Assembly (NCBI GenBank): GCA_965369655.1
Contig: CBDUQR010000036.1
Span: forward strand, 1-28,101
Direction: 5' to 3'
DNA length: 28,101 bases
From: an uncultured bacterium
GTDB taxonomy: Bacteria > Zixibacteria > MSB-5A5 > JAABVY01 > JAHJOQ01
Shown: positions 1 through 7,957 of the stretch, one piece after another
Numbering within the stretch: position 1 is the first letter of the stretch
Layout: every line of letters begins with the position of its first letter
Translations under genes and position numbers: made by a program
The notes under the pieces: generated by a model
What the model saw: the letters and a program-made list of their open reading frames with translations, nothing else
What the model was told of the DNA's origin: nothing
Databases searched by the model: none

Positions 1-135
1 AGCGACTGCAAACACTATCTTCTTAACATGTCCGTTATAGCGGGGGAAGATCATCGCGTTACTAAGGGATAAGGGGGTTTTATAAAATCCATAAATAGAG
101 CGCTACCCACTTGTATCTGCAATATCGGGCTACAC

Positions 136-864
136 CTACTGCATTGTATCCAGTCTTTTCCGTTCTTTGAGGGCTTTCATGTCGGCGGCCATTTCGCGGG
201 CTTTGGAACGGACAGTGCCGTCCTTGAGATAGACAACGCGGTTCGTGCGGGTCGCGACTGTCGAGTCATGCGTAATCAACAGGATGGTCGTGCCTGATCT
301 CCAGAGTTCCTCGAACAGATCGACAATCGCCGAGCCCGATTTCGAGTCGAGATTGCCGGTCGGCTCGTCGGCGAGTATGAGTTTTGGCTTCATCGCCAAC
401 GACCGGGCTATCGCGACACGCTGCATCTCACCACCGGATAGCTCAGCAGGTTTGTGATCGAGTCTGTCACCGAGATTGACGCGCTCAAGAAGCTCCGTCG
501 CGCGTTTGCGCCTTTCGCGTGCAGGCAACTTGCCGAACATCATCGGCAATTCGATATTCTCGAGTGCAGTAGCATACGGCAACAGGTTGAACGCCTGGAA
601 TACAAACCCGACTTTCTTGTTCCTGATATCTGCGAGCTGCGACATACTGAGCCCCTCAACCGATTCACCATCGAGTTCGTATGTCCCGTCTGATGGCACA
701 TCGAGGCATCCCACGATATTCATGAGAGTGGATTTGCCCGACCCCGACGGTCCCACAATCGAGATAAACTCGCCGGCCTCAATGTCGAGATCGATACCCT
801 TGAGCGCCTCAACTTCGATCTTCCCCGTATCATAAACCTTCCGAATGCCGCGCATCATTATCAT
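136..864 (-). CDS. ABC transporter ATP-binding protein (MacB/LolD/YknY-type)
   Basis: Walker A GPSGSGKST, signature LSGGEMQRVAIAR, Walker B LILADEPTGNLD, H-loop ITHD; GAGGTG RBS upstream of the ATG. Confidence 0.95.
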   Translation of the reverse strand: MIMMRGIRKVYDTGKIEVEALKGIDLDIEAGEFISIVGPSGSGKSTLMNIVGCLDVPSDGTYELDGESVEGLSMSQLADIRNKKVGFVFQAFNLLPYATALENIELPMMFGKLPARERRKRATELLERVNLGDRLDHKPAELSGGEMQRVAIARSLAMKPKLILADEPTGNLDSKSGSAIVDLFEELWRSGTTILLITHDSTVATRTNRVVYLKDGTVRSKAREMAADMKALKERKRLDTMQ

Positions 865-876
865 TTTAGCACCTCG

Positions 877-2148
877 CTACTCATACCTCAGTGATTCAAC
901 CGGATTGACCGACGCCGCTTTCCGCGCAGGGAAATATCCTGATATGAGTCCGATTATGGTCAGCACCGAAATCGTCGTCATTGCGATCGGCACAGATATT
1001 GTCGGTTTGCCGAGCCATTCCATCGCCTCGCTCTGTGCGGGCATAGCGCCGAGCGCACCGGCAATCGCGAACGAAAAGAACAGGCCGAGCCCGCCACCGA
1101 TAGCAGATATCAGCAGCGCTTCGAGCATGAACTGAGTCATCACCTGCCCGCGTTTGGCGCCCATAGCCATCTTCACACCGATTTCTGCAGTCCTCTCACG
1201 CACGGCGACGTACATGATATTCGCGACACCGACACCCGCAACGATCAGGGTCAACCCTCCGATGATCCCGAAGAAAATCTGCATGCCGATCATGACTTTT
1301 CTCATAGTCTCAGCGTTCTCTATAACATCCCAGACCGACAGCGCCCGCTTATCTTCCGGATCGAACTGGTACTTCGAACTCATTATCTGATATAACCTGT
1401 CCTCGATAAACCCAGCCTGACTCACATCTCTCGGTTTGAGCACTAGATTGCTGAGTGTGCGACGGTTGTACATCGTCTCGAATGTCGTTATCGGAATAAA
1501 CGCCGTGTTCCAGTCAGGTCCGGAATACATCCCCATCTGCTGTTTCTTCTGCATCACTCCAATTACCGTGAACTGAATGTCGCTGATAGTGATCGTCTCG
1601 CCAACAGGTTCCGTGTAGCCGGGTGATCCGGGTTCACCGAACAAATCGTCACGAAGCTCGTTGCCGATGAACACAACGCGGCGCTTTCGCTCCAGATCGA
1701 GCTTGTTGAGAAATCTTCCGCCCGGCGCGGGATAGAGCGATCTCATAAATTCATATTCCGGTAGCACGCCATTGACTTTCTCAGAGAGCGTCTTGTCTTT
1801 GTATGTGATCTCTTTTCCCCACGCCATGAACTCGCCCCCGACGGCTTCGAGCTCCGGTATCTGCTCGCGAATGTACTCGATGATGTCCGACCTGAACCGA
1901 ATCGGCCTGCCGCGCGGAAGTCCGCGATACGGCTTCTCGGTCTGTCCACCCCAGACGATGAGAATACCGTCACCCAGACCTTTCCCGTTTTTTTCGAGCT
2001 GTCTCTTGAGACCTTCACCGAACGCAAGCAGCATTGTGATCGACAGGGTTCCCCAGATGATCGCCAGGATAGTCAGCGACATCCGCATTTTCTGGCTCTT
2101 GAGTTCTCTGAAGAACAACCTGAGTATTAGTTTAATGCTGCCCAGCAT
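877..2148 (-). CDS. ABC transporter permease (MacB/FtsX family)
   Basis: N-terminal TM, large extracytoplasmic domain, GVGVANIMYVAVRERTAEIGVKMAMGA motif, C-terminal PARKAASVNPVESLRYE. Confidence 0.93.
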   Translation of the reverse strand: MLGSIKLILRLFFRELKSQKMRMSLTILAIIWGTLSITMLLAFGEGLKRQLEKNGKGLGDGILIVWGGQTEKPYRGLPRGRPIRFRSDIIEYIREQIPELEAVGGEFMAWGKEITYKDKTLSEKVNGVLPEYEFMRSLYPAPGGRFLNKLDLERKRRVVFIGNELRDDLFGEPGSPGYTEPVGETITISDIQFTVIGVMQKKQQMGMYSGPDWNTAFIPITTFETMYNRRTLSNLVLKPRDVSQAGFIEDRLYQIMSSKYQFDPEDKRALSVWDVIENAETMRKVMIGMQIFFGIIGGLTLIVAGVGVANIMYVAVRERTAEIGVKMAMGAKRGQVMTQFMLEALLISAIGGGLGLFFSFAIAGALGAMPAQSEAMEWLGKPTISVPIAMTTISVLTIIGLISGYFPARKAASVNPVESLRYE

Positions 2149-2150
2149 GG

Positions 2151-3380
2151 CTACATCTTAAGTGACTGTACAGGGTTCATGTTTGCCGCGCGCCGTGCAG
2201 GGAAAAACCCGGCGAGCAGACCGATAATCATCAAAAGACTCACCGACAAGATCGCCTCGACGGTTGACACGCTCGGAATGCCGACGTATTCTTCGAGGTT
2301 GAATGCCGGAAAGATTCGAATGAGAGTCATCGCAAAGAGAAATCCGGCGAACCCTCCGATGAATGTTATCAGCAGAGTTTCGAGAAGGAATTGCGTCAGG
2401 ACGAATCCCTTCTTCGCGCCCAGCGACATCTTGAGGCCGATTTCCTTCGATCTCTCCTTGACGACCACATACATGATATTGGCGACGCCGATTCCTCCGA
2501 CCACAAGCGTAGCAAAAGAAATCATCAGCAGGAATATCCTGAATCCCCAGAAGAAGTTGTTGAAAAACTCCATGTTCTCGGTCGTATCCCACATGGGGAG
2601 CGCCTGGGTATCGTCAGGATCGAACTTGTGTTTCTTGCCGAGGACTTCGTAGATCTTTCGCTTCGCGATCTCATGGACCTCGAGCGATTCCGCCTTCCAG
2701 ATGACGACGTCTGCAAGCGTATGTCCGAGCATCATAGCCGACGTCGAATACGGGAGAAAAATTTTGTCCTCGTCGCGACCGCTGTAGGATGAATCCTGCC
2801 CTTTCGGTTTCATCACACCTATGACCGTAAACGGCACGCTATTGATCTCGATGATCTCGCCGACTGCGTCATCAGACCCAAACAGATCATCTTTCAATTC
2901 ATTCCCGATGAAACAAACGCGTCTTCTCAGCTTCACGTCGACTTCGTTAATGAAACGCCCGCCCCAGTCGGGGATGACATTGCGCATCTCGCCGAACTCC
3001 GCGGCTACACCTGCTAGTTGGGCAGATATGATGACCTTGTTGCGCCGCACTGGAATACTCCAATTCCGGTATTCAATCGAGACAGCGCTGAGTTCCGGAA
3101 TCTGTTCTTTCATCAGTGTAATGTCGGCTTCGCGCAGCCAGATTTGTCTGCCTTTGGGCAGTCCCTTGTAATTCATCGACGTGCGCCCCGGCCACATGAT
3201 CGCGATGTTCTCGCCGAGGCCATTGAACTGTTTGACCTGATGCGCGTGGATACCGTGCCCGAACGCTCCGAGAAGAATAAGAGCCGTTGTTCCCCAGAAT
3301 ATACCAAAAAGCGTCAGGGCGGACCGGAGTTTCTGGCCCTTCATATCGCGGAAAATCTGTTTGAGAAACATCAGGTACAT
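2151..3380 (-). CDS. ABC transporter permease (MacB/FtsX family), paralogue of the adjacent gene
   Basis: GGIGVANIMYVVVKERSKEIGLKMSLGA and PARRAANMNPVQSL motifs; same architecture as 877..2148. Confidence 0.93.
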   Translation of the reverse strand: MYLMFLKQIFRDMKGQKLRSALTLFGIFWGTTALILLGAFGHGIHAHQVKQFNGLGENIAIMWPGRTSMNYKGLPKGRQIWLREADITLMKEQIPELSAVSIEYRNWSIPVRRNKVIISAQLAGVAAEFGEMRNVIPDWGGRFINEVDVKLRRRVCFIGNELKDDLFGSDDAVGEIIEINSVPFTVIGVMKPKGQDSSYSGRDEDKIFLPYSTSAMMLGHTLADVVIWKAESLEVHEIAKRKIYEVLGKKHKFDPDDTQALPMWDTTENMEFFNNFFWGFRIFLLMISFATLVVGGIGVANIMYVVVKERSKEIGLKMSLGAKKGFVLTQFLLETLLITFIGGFAGFLFAMTLIRIFPAFNLEEYVGIPSVSTVEAILSVSLLMIIGLLAGFFPARRAANMNPVQSLKM

Positions 3381-3388
3381 ATCGAAGC

Positions 3389-4480
3389 CTATTCAATAGT
3401 CTTAGGGGGCTTTTCCACAATCTCCTGCCCCTCTTCGAGACCGGAAACGACCTCGATACTGATGCCGTCGGAGAGCCCGACCTCAATGGGATACTGCTGA
3501 AGCGCACCTGTCGAATCCATCATATCTACAAAGCAGGAATCATCGACGAATGTTACGAGTCGCTCCGGTATCACGAGTACGTCCTTACTCTGCGCAACGA
3601 CCACTTCCGCATTCGCGGAATATCCGGCGCGGAGAAGACTGGATGTCGTCGATGTTATCGTGACCTCCACATCGAAGACAGTAGTGTTGTCCTGCTTTCT
3701 TGCCTTCGGCGAAATCCTGCGCAGTATACCCTCGATCGTGTCGTTGGGAATGGCGCCAACCTGCAACCGAACCTCCATGCCTTCACTCAGCTTGCCGACG
3801 TCGATCTCATCGACCGTGCCCCTGAAGATCAGGCTATCCATCTCAGCGAGAGTCATCAGTTCGGTGCCGGACTGATACGAAGTGAGCGGAACGACAGGAT
3901 CGCCCTGTTCGACATTTCTCTGAAGGACCATGCCGCTGATTGGCGATCTTATCACATTCTCGATAACGCGCCCTGCGATGTTCGTCTTGCCTTTCTCGAT
4001 CAACGACAGCTTCTCTTTCGCCGATTTCAGACGCACTTCAGCCTGCTCGAAACCAAACCGTGCATCATCGAGATCGCTCTGTGATATAAGTTCTTTTTCA
4101 AACAGTCCCATGGCCCGGTCATAGACTCTCTTGGCGTCGGCAAAAGCGATCTGATTCAGTTCCACTTGACGTTTGGTCTCAGCAAATTCAATCGGCGTCG
4201 GTTGCGGGGCGATGTCAAACAGGGGATCGCCAATGTTCACCCTGTCGCCAACATCAGCATACATCCTAGAGACGATTCCCGATATCTGCGACTTGACCAT
4301 GACCTCGTGCTCAGGCTCGATCTGCCCAATCGCCATTGCCTTATCGGCCACGGTTCCTGTCTCGACCTTGTGAAACTTGAACTCGCCCCCGTCGGTCGAG
4401 CCGGAACCGAAAAAGACAAAAAAGACTGCGGCGGCTATTACGATTACTACTACAGAAATTATCAGAATCTTCTTGAACAT
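3389..4480 (-). CDS. Efflux periplasmic adaptor / membrane fusion protein (MacA/YknX-like)
   Basis: Start moved to ATG 4480 (MFKKILIISVVV; GGAG RBS) because the longer ORF runs through a terminator. Lipoyl-like halves VKSQISGIV and IRSPISGMV, coiled hairpin, C-terminal GLEEGQEIV. Confidence 0.92.
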   Translation of the reverse strand: MFKKILIISVVVIVIAAAVFFVFFGSGSTDGGEFKFHKVETGTVADKAMAIGQIEPEHEVMVKSQISGIVSRMYADVGDRVNIGDPLFDIAPQPTPIEFAETKRQVELNQIAFADAKRVYDRAMGLFEKELISQSDLDDARFGFEQAEVRLKSAKEKLSLIEKGKTNIAGRVIENVIRSPISGMVLQRNVEQGDPVVPLTSYQSGTELMTLAEMDSLIFRGTVDEIDVGKLSEGMEVRLQVGAIPNDTIEGILRRISPKARKQDNTTVFDVEVTITSTTSSLLRAGYSANAEVVVAQSKDVLVIPERLVTFVDDSCFVDMMDSTGALQQYPIEVGLSDGISIEVVSGLEEGQEIVEKPPKTIE

Positions 4481-4524
4481 GCGTTTCTCCAGCTTAATCT
4501 GTTTCAGTCCGTCTGCTCTGACTA

Positions 4525-4550
4525 TACGGTATCCCGGATAGTGTGTTTCA
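4525..4550 (-). promoter_or_regulatory. Putative ECF sigma (SigW-like) promoter TGAAAC-N16-CGTA
   Basis: Minus strand reads TGAAAC acactatccgggatac CGTA, lying between the upstream terminator and the adaptor gene start. Confidence 0.6.
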
Positions 4551-4567
4551 AAAGATAGTGCAAACAC

Positions 4568-4597
4568 AAAAAAGCGCCGGCGAAAAAACACCGGCGC
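4568..4597 (-). terminator. Intrinsic terminator downstream of the SPFH gene
   Basis: Minus strand GCGCCGGTG-TTTTTT-CGCCGGCGC (9-bp stem with one G-U pair) followed by TTTTTT. Confidence 0.85.
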
Positions 4598-4640
4598 CAA
4601 TAGGGCTTTCAGAAAATCCGATTCCGAGCACATGTATGCA

Positions 4641-4704
4641 CACAGTGGCTGTGCCGCTGTGTTCTTAGCTAACTGCACAGAATCTGCAGGGGCACAGCCC
4701 CTGC
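4641..4704. repeat. Inverted pair of short palindromic elements (REP/REPIN-like)
   Basis: GCAGGGGC-ACA-GCCCCTGC on + (4686-4704) and CACAGCGGC-ACA-GCCACTGTG on - (4641-4661); the cores match at 15 of 17 positions. Confidence 0.5.
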
Positions 4705-4717
4705 GAGCACTTGAACT

Positions 4718-5545
4718 CTAATTCCCGCCGAGTATCAGCGGAAGGCCGTCCTTGCCAGCACCGATCACGACGATCTTGGCATTCTGTGAGGCAGCCAACT
4801 GCTCCGTGGCCTCTATGCCTTTCCAGCGCAGGAAATTAGGCGTAAGACCAGCCGAAACAATTTTCTGAAAATCAGCGATACCCCGAGCCTCGATACGCTT
4901 TCTCTCAGCTTCCTGCGTCTCTTTCAGCAGCACAAATTCCATACGCTGAGCTTCCTGTTGTGCGGCAAGCTTGTACTCGATAGCGTCGGTTATCTTCTTG
5001 GGAAGACCGACATCTCTGACTATCACATTCTCGATATCGACAAACCTTTTCTGCATTTCCGCCTGCATCTGCTCTATCATCTTGGTGGCGATTTCTTCAC
5101 GTTTCGTAGAGTAGATTTCTTCCGGCTTGTACAGTCCGACAATTCCCCTCGCGATTCCACGCAATGCAGGCTTAACCACAACATCGAGATAATTCCGACC
5201 GACGGTAATCTGCAGGCTGTCGAGTTTTGAATAGATGGGTCGATACCAGAGCGAAACCTGGAGCTGGATCGTGGCGCCATCAGATGACAGCACAGTCAAA
5301 TTCTCCTTCGTCTCCTGTGTCTGAGTCTTGTACACATAGATCGAATTCCAGGGAAGGTGCCAGTTGAATCCTTCGGTGTATATCTTCCCCATCTCCGTTC
5401 CGTCGCCAAACTTGAGATACTTGACGCCGTGATGGCCCGACTGGACCTGCGTGCCGCAACCACCAGCCAGCAGCGGGATCACGACGACCGCGACCAGCAA
5501 TAGCAGCGTGGTCCTGCTCTTGAAGAACGCTTTGAGTGAACGCAT
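4718..5545 (-). CDS. SPFH/prohibitin (band 7) family protein, possibly a lipoprotein
   Basis: GFNWHLPW, SSDGATIQLQVSLWYRP, VIVRDVGLP, AE-rich coiled coil EAERKRIEARGIA; signal ending LLAGGC; AAGGAGG RBS. Confidence 0.92.
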   Translation of the reverse strand: MRSLKAFFKSRTTLLLLVAVVVIPLLAGGCGTQVQSGHHGVKYLKFGDGTEMGKIYTEGFNWHLPWNSIYVYKTQTQETKENLTVLSSDGATIQLQVSLWYRPIYSKLDSLQITVGRNYLDVVVKPALRGIARGIVGLYKPEEIYSTKREEIATKMIEQMQAEMQKRFVDIENVIVRDVGLPKKITDAIEYKLAAQQEAQRMEFVLLKETQEAERKRIEARGIADFQKIVSAGLTPNFLRWKGIEATEQLAASQNAKIVVIGAGKDGLPLILGGN

Positions 5546-5677
5546 CGATTCCTCCTTGTATGTCTGTTATATCCTTGTTCTTTTCCAACGATTAGTATAC
5601 AACAAATTTGCCTCGCGCAACATCAGAAACGCACGGGCTGTTCGATAAAGCGTAATCAGGCATTTGTCGGGATCGGA

Positions 5678-7813
5678 TCAGGATACAGACTTCACGACGA
5701 ACCGCGCGTCGACGGCGGCAGTCTGTTCGCGGGAGGGAGCGATGATAAACGGATTGACGTCGAATTCGAGGAATTCGTGGAAATCGGTCACGAGCATCGA
5801 CAGTCTCAGGATTGTCTCCTCCAGCAGATCCAGATCGACCGGCTCGGAACCTCTGAACCCGGTCAGGAGTTTCTTGCCCTTGCACCTGTCGATCATCTCA
5901 CGGGCATCGACGTCTGTGAGCGGATTCACCTTGAAAGAGACGTCTTTCATCAGTTCGACATAGACGCCGCCGAGCCCGAACATGATCAGCGGTCCGAATG
6001 CCGGATCAGTTGTCATCCCTATGACCGTCTCGACTCCACCCCTGATCATTGGCTGAATCACGACCGAGAAATCATCGGCGGACTGTATCTCCGACCGTAC
6101 TTTCTGCTCCATCTGCCGCCACGCGGCAGAAATTTCAACCGAATCCCGCAGATCGACCCTGACCGCGCCGAATTCGGTCTTATGCAATATTTTAGGCGTG
6201 TTGACTTTCATCACGACCGGAAAACCGACACGGCTGGATTCTTCCATCGCCTCATCTACTGAATGCGCATAGCAATACTGCGCCACCGGGATACCATAGG
6301 CTTTGAGGATACTGAGCGCCTTCTCTCCAACGACAGCCTCCTCGCCGCATCCGATGTAATCGTCAACAATGCTCTTGACAGTTTCGCGGTCAACCTCGAA
6401 TGTCGGGAGCCTGCCCTCATCTCTGTCGCGCCACCTGCGATACTTGTCGATCTTTGCGAGCGTCTGAGCAATCGATTCCGGGAATATATACGCCGGGACT
6501 CCGTGCTCCTTGAGGTGCTCGAAACCCTCGGAATACCATGACACACCCATAAAACAAGCATAGAGCGGAATTGGAGATTTCTCCTTAACATCGACAATCA
6601 CCCTCGCGACATCCATTTGGTCAACAGTGATCGGCGGGACAAATATCGGAATTATCGAATCGAAGTTCTTATCCCTGACCGCTGCCTCGAGTGCTACCTT
6701 GAATTCATTCGGTCCGGCTCCCGCAACGAGATCGAGCGGGTTGTTGATCGGGGTGTCAGGTGGAATGTGAGGGCGGATCACCTCTTTGGTCTCTTCAGAA
6801 TACTCGGGCAACTTCATCCCCAGATTGGCAAGCGCGTCTGTGGCGAGAACCCCGGGGCCGCCCGCATTGGTTACGATGCTCACCCTGTCACCTTTCGGAA
6901 CGGGCATTCTGGCCAGAGCCGATGCCGCATCGAAAAGCTCTTCGATAGTCCCGACCCGCATTACGCCGGTCTGCTCAAACAGCGCGTCGACGGCCACTTC
7001 TGCGCCAGCAAGAGCGCCCGTGTGCGACGATGCCGCAGCGGCGCCAATGGTTGTCGTTCCTGACTTGACCGCAACGATCGGCTTGACCTTCGCAACCTCG
7101 CGAGCAATCGCGGTGAATCGTCTCGGATTGCCGAAATTCTCGAGATACATCAGGATCAACTCGATCTCCGGATCGTCCTTCCAGTATTCGAGCAGGTCGT
7201 TGCTCGTGATATTCGCCTTGTTGCCAATCGAGGCAAACATCGAAATCCCGAGCTTCATCTCGGTCGCCTGCGCAAGAATAGCCTCACCAAGCGCGCCCGA
7301 TTGCGAAAGGAATCCGATCTTGCCGTAGCGCGGATAGACTTTTGAGAACGTGGCATCGAGCATAACACCCGGATTCGTGTTGATGATGCCGAAACAGTTC
7401 GGTCCGATCATCCGCATGCCCCAGTATTCGACTCTTTCGACGAGCTGTTCCTCGAATGCGAGCCCGATCGGGCCTACCTCGCGAAAACCAGCCGTTATGA
7501 CGACAAGACCCTTGACGCCCTTTTCACCGCATTCATCGACGACGCGCGCGACCTTCTCGCGCGGGACTACTATGACAGCGAGATCGACCGAATCAGGAAC
7601 ATCCAGGACGCTCGAATATGACTTGATGGAATGAATGACCTTGTGGCTGGGATTTACAGGGAATATCTTGCCATTGAATTCATAAGTGATGAGGTTGTGA
7701 AGAACCTCGCGTCCGATCGCGCCTTTACGCGGAGTTGCTCCGATTACCGCTATTGATCTCGGTCTGAAAATGTAATCAAGCTGTTCCGGCCTTTTGTTGC
7801 TCTCCGTCGTCAC
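5678..7813 (-). CDS. Acetate/acyl-CoA ligase (ADP-forming), fused alpha-beta
   Basis: CoA-binding PRSIAVIGA, GPNCFG, SQSGALG, phospho-His motif SHTGALAG, TNAGGPG, ATP-grasp HKTEFG, GLGGVYVE, DVNP; no GNAT domain. GTG start with GGAG RBS. Confidence 0.92.
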   Translation of the reverse strand: MTTESNKRPEQLDYIFRPRSIAVIGATPRKGAIGREVLHNLITYEFNGKIFPVNPSHKVIHSIKSYSSVLDVPDSVDLAVIVVPREKVARVVDECGEKGVKGLVVITAGFREVGPIGLAFEEQLVERVEYWGMRMIGPNCFGIINTNPGVMLDATFSKVYPRYGKIGFLSQSGALGEAILAQATEMKLGISMFASIGNKANITSNDLLEYWKDDPEIELILMYLENFGNPRRFTAIAREVAKVKPIVAVKSGTTTIGAAAASSHTGALAGAEVAVDALFEQTGVMRVGTIEELFDAASALARMPVPKGDRVSIVTNAGGPGVLATDALANLGMKLPEYSEETKEVIRPHIPPDTPINNPLDLVAGAGPNEFKVALEAAVRDKNFDSIIPIFVPPITVDQMDVARVIVDVKEKSPIPLYACFMGVSWYSEGFEHLKEHGVPAYIFPESIAQTLAKIDKYRRWRDRDEGRLPTFEVDRETVKSIVDDYIGCGEEAVVGEKALSILKAYGIPVAQYCYAHSVDEAMEESSRVGFPVVMKVNTPKILHKTEFGAVRVDLRDSVEISAAWRQMEQKVRSEIQSADDFSVVIQPMIRGGVETVIGMTTDPAFGPLIMFGLGGVYVELMKDVSFKVNPLTDVDAREMIDRCKGKKLLTGFRGSEPVDLDLLEETILRLSMLVTDFHEFLEFDVNPFIIAPSREQTAAVDARFVVKSVS

Positions 7814-7859
7814 CTGAAACTCCGATCATTGCCTGCAAAACGCGATTCTTGAACAGCGA

Positions 7860-7887
7860 ACAATACTGCCAGTTTCATCAATGTCAA
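7860..7887 (-). promoter_or_regulatory. Sigma70-type promoter for the acyl-CoA ligase
   Basis: TTGACA-N16-TATTGT on the minus strand, about 45 nt upstream of the GTG. Confidence 0.65.
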
Positions 7888-7957
7888 GCGAATTCGATCC
7901 GCCTGTATCGGTTCAGAACCGTGCGTGACAGAACAACATGAGGCTGCTCGAATCCTG

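Noticed and set aside
1-54. Possible start of a downstream minus-strand gene (MIFPRYNGHVKKIVFAVA...)
   Set aside because: It resembles a signal peptide, but only 18 codons are visible and there is no RBS.
4481-4678. 66-aa N-terminal extension of the adaptor ORF
   Set aside because: It spans a terminator and palindromic repeats; ATG 4480 has an RBS and gives a normal membrane anchor.
5678-7813. Pat/YfiQ protein acetyltransferase
   Set aside because: There is no GNAT domain and both catalytic histidines are retained.
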